64,000 nt of DNA. Origin: Camelus dromedarius. Lineage: Eukaryota. The notes below the pieces were generated by a model. That model ran no database searches. It saw only the letters and a program-made list of their open reading frames with translations, and was not told where the DNA came from. Position 1 is the first letter of the stretch; each line of letters begins with the position of its first letter. The position numbers and the translations under genes are program-made. The DNA is taken from contig NC_087447.1 of assembly GCF_036321535.1 (NCBI RefSeq), forward strand, positions 51,400,001 to 51,464,000. Reading direction: 5' to 3'. Positions 28,501-40,500 of the stretch are shown here, one piece after another.

Positions 28501-31500
28501 TTTATACGACTTCAGGCAAGTTTATAAACTTCTCAATTCCCTCATCTGTAAAATTGGAATAATAATAGCAGTTACCTCAAAGAGCTGCTATGAGGATTAA
28601 ATAAAAATGTAAAAAATGGTATGGCGGACCCTCAGAAACTTAAAAACAGAACTACCATCTGATCCAGTAATTCTGTTTCAAGTATTTACCTGAAAGTAGT
28701 GAAAGCAGTGACTGGAACAGATTATTTGTTCACCCACATTCATAGCAACATTATTCTCAACAGAGAAAAGGCAGGAGAAACCCAAGCATCGAGCGACAGA
28801 TGAATGGATAAAATGTGGTATAAACATACAATGGAATATTAATCAGCCTTTAAAAGGAAAAATTCTGATACATGCTACAGTATGGATGAACACTGAAGAC
28901 ATGCTCTGTGAAATAAGCTGTTCACAAAAGGACAAATATTGTATGATTCTTCTCTGCTATAAGGTTCCTAGAGTTAGTTAAATTCATAGAGACAGCAAGT
29001 AGAATGATGGATGCCAGGGGCTAAGGGCAGGGGGAAATGGGGAGTTAGTGTTAATGGGTACAGAGTTTCAGTGTAGGAAGATAAGTCTGCAGATGAACAG
29101 TGGTGATGGTTGCACAACAACGTGAATGGACTTAATGTCACAGAGTTGTACACTTAAAAATGGTTAAAACGATAAAATTGTGTTGTGTATTTTACCACAA
29201 TAATAATAAAAAAGTTCAGTATCTTTGTATTCTTAAATCAGTAAGATATTTTGATGATATGAAAATTTTTATTTTAATTTTTTAAATGTTCAATATAAAA
29301 GACCAAAGTACCTAATGGTTTTTTGCTTCTTCCCCCCCCCCCCACTAAATAAAAGAAAAATCTACCTCCTTTTACAGGAAGGTTTCAAATTTTTCAAACT
29401 GAGGGAATTTCAATTCATATAGTTTGGAAGATGAGTAGAAAAGAGAAGAAATTACGAAACAAAGCAAAACAAAACACACAAAAAAACCTTGTTTAGTTGT
29501 TTCTTCCTCCTTTTTAGTCTCCTCATCCTCTAAGCTGGGACTTTCCCGGGAAGAGGTGTCCTGTTGGCTAGAGTTTTTCAAAAGTACAGGATCGATTTGT
29601 GCTTTCAGGAGCGCAAGAGTCTCAGCCAACTCATTTCGATTTCTAAACAAGAGAAAAAATAAGACAGCATAGAAATCTTTCTTCTGTTCAAGAGATTTCA
29701 GAATAGTACCTATTAGAAATTAAAATTTTAAAAAGAAAAACACATTAAGAACATCCAAAACACTAGTATAGCTAACCCTAATTAACTTTGAATTTTAAAA
29801 TTAAGCATTAGAAATGAATATGTGTTAAAATATACTATTCCCCAAAGAGGAATTTCAGACTATTCTCTCTGTTGACTAGAAAAACAATGCATATCTCTTT
29901 GGCTAAAAAGAATGGAAGGAGCAAAATTAAACAAAAATCGAAGTTTGATAATTTTTTAAAGTACTATGCAATCTCTCAGGAGTACAAAATCAATGTAAAA
30001 TTTTAAGTTTTTTTTTTTTTAAACAAAAGTTCTTGATTCATTTGGAAATAAGAACTCTTTTCCACCTACAGAGATTAACATTTGATGTTGCTATAAAATT
30101 ATGATCCAGGTCTTTCTAAGTAATTATGGCAAAAAGTCAGCTCAATGACACAGTTTAAAAACCCAAGGTTTTAGGTTATAGATGCTCTTTGTCAATTAGA
30201 GTTTACAACTACAGGAAGGAAATTCAATTTAAATAAAAAATAGAAGAAAACCCCAAATAAATAAGATTGTAATATATAAATTCTCAACTTTTACTACCAA
30301 ATTCAGAGGTGTAGTATGGTCAATTTAAATGCCACTTAAAAACAAGAAAACTAATTTAAATATTTTTCCTGCTCACATAAGCAGTGTGTAACAGTGAAAA
30401 TAAAAAGGAAACCCTGAGAGGGAGGGTATAGCCCAAGTGGTAGAGTGCATGCTTAGCATGCACGAGGTCCTGGGTTCAATTCCCGGCACCTCCTCCAAAC
30501 ACAAATAAATAAACCCATTACCCACCCCTCATCAAAAAAAAAAAGAAAGAAAGAAAGAAAGAAAACCCTGCACTAAGAGTTGGGGAAATAGCTCCAGGCC
30601 TACTACCAAGTTAATTAATCTGCACCTCTGATCTTCCATCTGTGTCCTCAAAGCACTGTGTATGTACCTCTAATTCTACACAGTCAGTATTAAGATGAAA
30701 TTACTTGCTGTCATGCCGCACGTCCTTTATCCTCCTATACATTTCCACCTACAACCTAGTTAAATTAAACTCTACCACTTGAGAGCAAGAACATTGCCAT
30801 ATGAAGTAGGTTCTAAAAAATGTTAAATGAATCAACAGAATCCCTGTTCCTAAACTAAATGGCTATGTGCCCTGGAAAGATCATTCATCTTCAGTAGGCA
30901 TGAATTTCCTTATCTTTAAAAGACTGTATTCTCTCAAGTATTATTAAATTGCCCTCCTAAGGAAAACAGTAAAATTGCCACTGATGGACATCTTTCAGAA
31001 ATTAAAATGACAACCATTTTGTCATTGTGTTTGGGAATGAATACACAGGTTTATACATATTATAAATATTGTGCACAGGAATGAACGCATGTTTATACAT
31101 ACCATAGCTATCACATGAGCATACACAATAAGGTGAATAGTTTTAGAATTTTAATTACATAATAGTAGATGGTCAGATTAGATACTCTTTCAAAATAATG
31201 TCTGATACTACTTTTACTTTACAAAAAAGGAAAATTAAAACCAAGAAATATTAAATAAATTAATTTTGGGCAAAGTTCCTACATCCTAACTTCATTATAC
31301 CAACTACTTCTAACCTAAGGCTCTATCGACCTAATGTTACTATTCTCATACTTCACTGAGAATTCCAAATGTAGTAAGTGCTTCAACCTTTGTTGTTATT
31401 TTTTGAGGTCATGCTGAGAACTGAAAACTATATTGAAGTTTCTCACAATACTTATTTTTAAAACTTCTAAACATTAGAAGAGGGCCAATACTGCTAGAAA

Positions 31501-34500
31501 AATTCATGTCAATTATTGCCACTACTCTAAGCAACAAAAGAATTTAGCAGAAAAATCTATTAAAGAAGAACTCCCTTAAAGAAAAACAGAAAACTACTCA
31601 TCATTGGATTTCTCCTGTTTTGATCTAACAATTAAGTTGGGTATGCTAAATAATTTTTTAAAACCCTAAATTGGAGCTTGAGGGAATTTTTATAAATATA
31701 CACATATTCAAATTACATTCAAATTTCTTACCACTTTCTACAGGAACTTTTTAAGTACTCTATGGACTCTAACAACAGTTCAGATGTTTTGCCCTCCCTC
31801 CATTGTCTTCTTTTCTTTAAAACATTTCCTCACTCAGGCATATTAAATCAGAAATATTCCTCCAAAATACCATGCTCTCTTATGAACTTGGGTGTTTGCA
31901 TTTCTGTTCTCTTCAGCCCAGAATGTGCTTCGAATGGCTAACTTCAATTATTATTTCAAAGACAAGCACAGAATAGATAAATGTGGTATATCAATACAAG
32001 GGAATATTATCTAGCCATAAAAAGGAATATAGTACTGGTTCTTACTACATAGATGAACCTTGAAAACATGCTATCTGGAAGAAGCCAGTCACAATGGCCA
32101 CATGTTGCAAGATTCTACATATATAAAATGTCTGGATTAGGCAAGTTATAGAAACATAAAGTAGACTGGCGGTTGCCATTAGCTAGGGAAAGGCAGAATG
32201 GTGAGAAATTACTAACGTATAGGGTACAGGGTTTCTTTGTGAGGTGAGGAAAATGCCTTTGAGTTAAACAATGATGATGGCCACACAATACTGAATATAC
32301 TAAAAAACCATTGAACTATGTATTTTTTTAAATGATGGTGGCTTAGATGAGAATACAGCCATGAAGGGGATGACGGATGGTCCGACACTGGATACATTTT
32401 GCATAGAGAGCTAACTGGACGTGCTGATAGAATGGTTGTGAAGTCAGAGAAAAAGGAATGTCACTGATGTGCCTCCAAGTTGGATGCAGGCAACCGAAGG
32501 CATGTGGTTGGTTTCAACTGAGATGGGACAAACATATTGAAGTGGAAAGGTTAGAAGCTCAAGTTTTGGGCAGATTGACTGATTCTGACTTTAAACTCTT
32601 GTGTTTTCCTATCTGTACCTAAAGTTAATCTAGACTTTGGTGAAACAGAACATATCATGCTCATTATTATAATGTGGAATATGATTTTTCTTAGTCTAAG
32701 GGATGTTCAAATTTAGAATTATTGATAGGGATAAACCTTTCAGAAGCAATTGGGCTGACAGACCAATTCAATTGAAAAAAAAAAAAAACACAACAGACAA
32801 AATAAAAACAAACAAAAAAAGCCAAGCATAAGCATCATCTTCTGCCAAGTATGGGTTAGGTATATGGTTCCTCCACAGGACACTGTGGTGATCTCTACCA
32901 CAGATTACATTGATAACACTGCATTATCATTTACAATTTCTCTATATCTCTCACAATATGGAGGGCTCAGAAATGGCATCATGTCTTTAAACCTCCAGAG
33001 CACAGCACAGTGTGAATATAGCAAGTCTTTAGCAAATGTCTATAATGTATGATCCCAAGGCTCACCAGTAATATTCCATCTTTTTCATATAATTCCAAAT
33101 TACTAAGTGGACAAAAAAGGAAAATAATTGAGCATGATAGTATTTCTTATGTGGGCCAAGAAACTGAAGGGAGGTATTAATGAGTAATAGTAAGAGCAGC
33201 AGTAGTAATTGCACTACTCCAAAAACTTTACATGAATTAGTTCATATAATTCCAATATAACCTGATTAAATAGGTACTATTATTACCCTCATTTTATAGA
33301 TGAAGAAAGTGAGAACATACAGAGAGGTACAGTAATTTGCCTATGATTAGCCAGTACATATTAAAGGCAGAACTGAATTATAGACAGTCTGACTTCAGAG
33401 ACCACCTTCTCAATCATTGTTTCATTAGCAGCATATTAGAAATGCAGCAGCAGCAAGACACTAGAAATGTCTTGACAGAGTTTCTAATTATGGGTATTTA
33501 AAAACTGTAGTTTAGAATTCAGCTTTTTGAAAATGAGTGTCAAACCACTATCAACACTTAAAATATTTTTATTGAAGTATAACTTACATACTTTGAAATG
33601 AACAGATGTTAAGTGTTCAGTTAATCAGTTTTGACAAATTCATACACCTGTATAATCCACCCTCTATGAGAATAAAGAATATTACTATCACCACAGAAAA
33701 CTCCCTCATGCCCTGTCCTACTCAGTCCTTCTCCACCAAAAGCAAGAAGGAATCAGTTTTGAACACTGTAACCATAGATCAGTTAAGTTAATTCCAGAAC
33801 TTACAATAAATGGAAAAAAACACTATGTATATTTTGGCTTCTTTCATCCACATAATGTTTTTGAGACAAATCTATAAAGTTGCATCATAGGCCATTTCTT
33901 TTTATTGCTTAGACCATACGTGAGGGCTAATATGAACAAAGATGCTATGAACATTATTACACAAGGCGTTTTGTAGACATGTGTTTTCATTCCTCTAAGA
34001 TAATACCTAGGAACGAAGTTGCTGGGCTATATAGTGTAACAGTTTAAAGTTCGAAGAAATGGGCAAAGTGTTTCCCAAAGTGGTTACTCCCACCAGCAAA
34101 GTGTTAAAGAGTTCCAGTTGGTCCACAGCCTTGCTAACATTTGGTATTGTAAATCATTTTCATTTTAGTCATTCTAGCGGAGGTAAAGTAGTATCTCATT
34201 ATGGTTTAAATTGGGAATTCTCTGATGAAGAGTCAAACACTCTTTCATGTGAATATGGGCCTTATGTATGTATTCTTTATCAATTAACTGTATGACAGTC
34301 TGCGTAAAACTATCTTCCTTAGCAGACCTGGTATAAAAGCACTTTTAGGAATCCCTTTCTGATCCTGAAGAATCACCTAATGGAGTCTGGTCTAAGACTT
34401 GCTAAAGTTCACTCATCATTAATAACCAAACAACTACCATTTCGTGGTATACATTTTTTCTGCTTATCTTTTACATTCCTAAAGAAATCTGCTTGACATA

Positions 34501-37500
34501 GCCCCTAAAATAAATTAATATCACTTATGTTATTTGATCAAATAGAAAAAATATTTTTCTCTACTTTCATCTCTTTCATTGAGGTCTAACATAGCAATGA
34601 AATAACTATAACAAATACTATTCTTTTATGGCAATTGTGTTCTGAATATTAATTGAAACAAGTGGGACACTGGTTAGAGCGTAAGCATTTTTGGTCTTGA
34701 AACATCCCACAATACTCGTTTAAGCCATACATAACTGCAGGTTTTGTAGCTTAAAATGTTCATACGTTGGTAATTTCATATGGTTCAATGAAATTTAACT
34801 ACCTTTTACTATCTTGTAAGTAACTTACTAAGTCTTGCTGCTTCAACTTAAAACATAATTCTTTATACATCATTCAACTACTTCCTATCTATCTATCTCA
34901 ACATCATTCAACTACTTCCTATCTATTTATCTCATATATATATTTATACTATGAATATTACAACAAATGGAAATGGAAATAGCTATTTAACAGAAGTTTT
35001 AGGACTGTGGTGATATCATGGCATTAAATTTTTAAAAAAAACTTAATTTTTAAAGAGACATTTTAGGGTCTCAGCAAAATTAAGAGGAATGTATAGAGAT
35101 TTCCTGTATATGTCCTTCCACTATGCAGCTTCCCTCATTATCAACATGCCTTACTAAAGTAGTATGTTTGTTACAATTGATGAACCTACCTTGACATATA
35201 ATTACCACCCAGAGTACATACTTCACATTAGGGTTCACTCTTAGTGTGGTACACTCCATGGGTTGGAATAAATATATACCAACAGGCTTCTATCATTATA
35301 ATAGAGTCATACAAAGTAGTTTTATTGCTCTAAAAATCGTATGCTTCACTGATTCATCCCTTCCTCCCTCCCACCTAAACCCTGACAACCATTGTTCTTT
35401 TTACTTTCTCTAGTTTTGCCTTTTTCAGAATGTCATATACTTGAAATCATAGTTAATTTCAGATTGCCTTCTTTCCCTTATTAACATGATTTAAATTTCC
35501 TCCATGTCTTATTATGGCTTGATAGCTCATTTGTTTTAGAAAATATTCCATCATCTGGATATACCACAGTTTATCCATTCACCCAATGAAAGACATCTTG
35601 GCTGCTTTCAAGCTTTAGTAAGTATGAATAAGACTGCTATCAACATTCATGTGCAGGTTTCTGTATAGACGTAAGTCTTCAACAGCTTCAGGCAAATTCC
35701 AAGGAGTATGATTGGTGGATCATACGGTAATGTTTAATCTTGTAAGAAGCTACCAAACTGTCTTCCAAAGTGTCTGTGCCACTTTGCACTCCCACCAGCA
35801 ATGGATCGAAGTTCCTATTACTCCACAGCTTCACCAGCATTTCGAGGTGTCAATGTCAATTAGCTTTTAGCCATTCTAACAAGTTTCAAGGAATACTGTG
35901 CTGTTTTAATTTACATTTCCCTGATGACACATGATGTGGTGTATCTTTTCATGTGCTTACTCACTCATGTCTGTTAAGGTTTTTGACTCATTTTAAAATA
36001 AGGTTGTTTGTTTTCTTACCTGTTGAGCTTTAAGAGTTTCTTTTTATATGTTGAATAAGCCTCTACCAGATATGGCTTTTGTAAATGTTTTCTCCTATTC
36101 TGCGGCTTCTCTTTAAATTTGGCTGACATTATCTTTCACAGAGCAGAAAATTTTAATTTTAATGAAGTCCAGCATATTAATTCTTTCTTTAATGGACTGT
36201 GCCTTTGGTACTGTATCAAAAAGTTATTGCCAAACCTGAGGTCTTCTAGATTTTCTTCTATGTTATCTTCTTTGATTTTGCAGTTTTGTGTTTTACATGT
36301 AGGCCTGTGATTCATTTTGAGTTAATTTTTATAAACGGGGTAAAGGTCTGTGTCTATTTTTTTTTTTTTGCATGTTGATGTGCAGTTGTTCCAGCACTAT
36401 CTTTCCTCCACTGCCTTGGCTTTGCTCTTTTGTCAAAGATCAGTTGACTGTATGTGTGTGGGTCTATTTCAGGACTCCCTATTCTGTCTCATTGATCTAC
36501 TTGTCTATTCTCTTGCCAGTTTCACACTGTCTTAATTACTGTAGCTCTATAGTAAGCCATGGACTCAGGTAGTGTCAGTTCTTCAACTTTGTTCTTTTTC
36601 AACAATGTGTTGGCTATTTTGTTTTTTGCCACAACATATACATTTTGGGGTCAGTTTGTTGATATTCACAAAATAGCTTGCTGGGATTTTGACTGGAATT
36701 GCATTGAACCTACATATTAAATTGAGAAGAACTGACATCTTGACAATATTAAGTATTCCTGCCCATGAACATGGAATATCTCTCCATCTCTAATTTTTCT
36801 TTGATTTCTTTCATCAGAGTTCTCTCTCTTTTTTTTTTATATCATTTTCTTCATATAGATTTGTCTATATTTTCTTAGACTTACACCTAAGTAGTTTTAG
36901 GGGAGCTAATGTAAATGGTACTGTTTTTAATTTCATATTCCACCTGTTCACTGATAGCATGTAAGAAAATGACTGACATTTGTATATTAATCTTTTATCC
37001 TGCAACCCTGTTATAGTCACATATTAGTTCTAGGAGTTTTTTTGGTTGATTCAGATTGTCTAGATAGAAGATTGTATCATTTGCAAACAAAGAGTTTTAT
37101 TTCTTCCTTCCCAATCTATGTATCTCTTATTTCCTTTTCTTGTCTTATTGTATTAGCTACAACTTCAGTATGATGTTGAAAAGGAATGGTAAAAGGAGAT
37201 ATCCTGGACTTGTTCCTGATCGTAGCGGGAAAACTGCAAGTTTCTCCCCATTAAATACGATGTTAGGTATAGGATTTTGGTTGATGTTCCTTCAAGTTAA
37301 GGAAGTTTCCTTCTCTTCCTAGTTAGCTGAGAGGTTTTATTTTTAATTATAAAAAGGGTATTGGATTTTATCGATTTTTTTCATCTACTGACATGATCAT
37401 GTAGTATTTTCTTCTTTAGCTTGCTGATGTGTAAAAAGTGATTTTCGAATACTGAACCAGCCTTGTATGCCCAGAATAAATCCTACTTAGTCCTGGTGTA

Positions 37501-40500
37501 TTATTCTTTTTATACATTGTTGGATTTAATTTGCTAATATTTTTTGAGAATTTCTGCATTTATGTTTATGAGAAATACTGGTCTATAATTTTTTTTCCTG
37601 TAATGTCTTTGTCTAATTTTGATACTATGGTAATACTGGCCTCATAGGAATTATTCTCTCTTCTTCTACCTTCCGAAAAAGAGTGAAGAGAAATGGTATA
37701 ATTTCTTCCTTAAATGTTTGGTAGAATTTACTACTGAACCCATCTGGGCCTGATGCTCCCCATTTTAGAAGGTTAATTTTTGATCCAATTTCTTTAAAAG
37801 AGAGAGACTTGTTCGTACTGTCTATTTCTTCTGTTGTAAGTTTTAGCAGACTGTGTCTTTCATTTTCTTAGCTTGGCTAGAAGCTTATACATTTTACTGA
37901 TCTGTTCAAAGAACCATCCTTTGCTTTGTATACTTTCAATGCTATAAATTTCCCTTTAGGCACTGTTTTAACTGCAAATTAACAACTGCAAATTTTGATA
38001 AGTTGCATATTCATTTTCATTTACTTCAAAATATTTTAAAATTTCCTTGAGATTTCTTTTTTGACCTATGTGTTATTTAAAAGTATACTGTTTAATCTAC
38101 AATTATCTGGGGATTTTACAGTTATCTTTGTTATTGATTTTTAGTTTAACTTCATTGTGGACTAAGAACATACACTTTATGTTTCCAGGTATTCAATTTC
38201 CAGAAGATCAAATATGTAAAATCCTCTCTATTTTGGTGGATTCCCACTTTCAGAAAAAAATATTCCTTTTGATTTTTACACTGCAAAGTTCAGTGACATT
38301 TATAAATTTACCAATCACTAAGAAGGCTGACTTATGGCTTAAAAAAAAAATCCAGAATTCTAAAGAGGAGATCATTTTTGTTACATAATCTTCTTTTAAA
38401 AGTTAGGCAGAAACATGTTTCCAACACTAAAAGTTTCCAAGAAAATAAGTTTTATTTTAAAGAAATACTTTTAAACAAGAAAAGCAGCCGTTTCATTTTA
38501 CTAGTTAAAAAAATATATTCAGCAGTAAACAAAAACACCCAAGTGTAATCTATTAAATGAAAAGTCAAAATTCTATTTGCTCTACTTGCTCTTACCTACC
38601 TCAGCTTCTAAAGGTATTTCTTGCTAAAAAAGATTACTGCCTCCTTAAAAACTCTACTTAACACAAATCTGCAAGTTTAGAAAATGTTTCTGACAATATC
38701 TATCAGTCTTAAGACAATTATTTATTTCTCTGCAGTATAAAAAAGCAATGTTCTCAGTTCTGTAAGCTCAGTTCTACTTCCCCCGTAATTTGTATCCACG
38801 GATGCTAACTCAGTGGGTAACTTAGAAAGAAACACTCTTATATAAATTCATCCTTTAAATGTATAAAAATGGTTATACTTCCTTAAATTTCTGCTAGATC
38901 AAATATTTTGTTCATTCAGTATATTCTTTGCAGTTCTCCCTATAAAGAACTTACTATATTCATATTTTTCTTAAAGTCTGACATCCAAATCTAAATACTG
39001 TACTCCAGGAAGGATCTCATCTAGGCCAAGTGAGACAATGCCCTACATTATTTTGGGTACCCAATATACTTTAATGACAACTGAGATCTCAATTTGGGGG
39101 GAGAGGAAAGAATAACAACACAATATTTGTCACATGCAACCTTCACAAAAATGTGAGACCTATATGGAAAAAATAGTTAACTACATTTGTCAAAAGTAGT
39201 ACTACTATGTCAAGTTAAAGATAACTGAAATGTCACGTCACAGAACATGTTACTTATAAGAAGCATAAGGATACTAAATTGAAAATCTGTTGAAACTATG
39301 GTACTTCCTCAGAAAATACATGTGTTACACACAACTAAGGGACTCCTTGGGTCCTGAAGCTCACCTAGAGATCCCAGAGCTATACTATTCACTACCATAC
39401 ACCCCACAGCTCAGCACAGTACCTATTACACAAGGAAGTATGTAATGCAAATCTATTAGTTTAATGAAATAAGGACACTTAATGTGACAATCAGGTGTTT
39501 AGAATTTGGGTTTAATTACCTGAAATCAGAACCAATAAACCCAATGTTTCATTAATGATCCCAAATATCACTACATATTTGGGAAAAGCTGCCTGGCAAA
39601 TCTGTGGATAGGAACATACATATTCACAGATGTTCTCTGAAAAGACAGAAAATAACCTGGCATCAACTCTCTAAAGAAATTTGTACTTGTTAATATGAGA
39701 ATACTGTGCTTAAGTATTTTATATAATCATTTGCTTCTGAACATATGATTTTATGTTTATCATAAACAGAGTTTTATACACAGAAACAAGATTTTTTTTA
39801 AAAGGCAGAAGCACAGGAAATAAAACTTGGAAGAATAGTCAATGATGAGAAGGGGTAAAAGTAACATCAATGGAATTCTGTCCTTTTCTCTTTCTGCTGA
39901 TAAATATTTCTTTTACGAAGACACTAAGTTTCTATCTTTGGGATTAGAAATGTTATAAAAAAAAGCAAATAGTTAAAAAACCTGGGAGAAAAGGAACAAA
40001 TTTTTATCAAGCATGTACTATGGTCCTCTGTATGATTTCTCTTGCAGTCCTCAGAACAACTTTACAAGAGAAGTACTATCATCCTCATTTTAGCAAAGAA
40101 TATCAGAGAAAACAAGTAATCTGCCTACAAATAGTAAGCAAAGGATCCCAGATTCAAATAGTTATTAACTCTAAAATCTATGCTCTTTCTTTCACTTTGG
40201 GGTATAATCTACTTAACAGTGTACATTAGAAGTTTTTTAAGAGTATTATCACTGATCAATAGAACAATCATAATAATTATTTTCTGCCATACTTTCTTCA
40301 TCTACAAAGCAGGAGAGAGTATGTCTTAAACAACTACAACCACAAAACAAAGAAGTGGTGGTAAAACATGAACAGAACCTCATTCAATGTATGTATTCAC
40401 AGGGAGAGATGATGAGTATATTTTATTTCAGGACTACTTTGTTTATCTTCATTTAGTAAATGAACTACATGGAAAACCATATTATATTACAACTAAAGGA

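Noticed and set aside
30417..30495. tRNA-like sequences here and at seven other sites
   Set aside because: No proper acceptor stem or clean cloverleaf. A-rich tails and TSDs show they are SINEs, not tRNA genes.
34867..34934. Direct repeats here and at 1857-1902 and 16976-17005 considered as CRISPR-like or designed arrays
   Set aside because: Only two adjacent copies each, with no spacers, in a eukaryotic context. They are ordinary slippage duplications.
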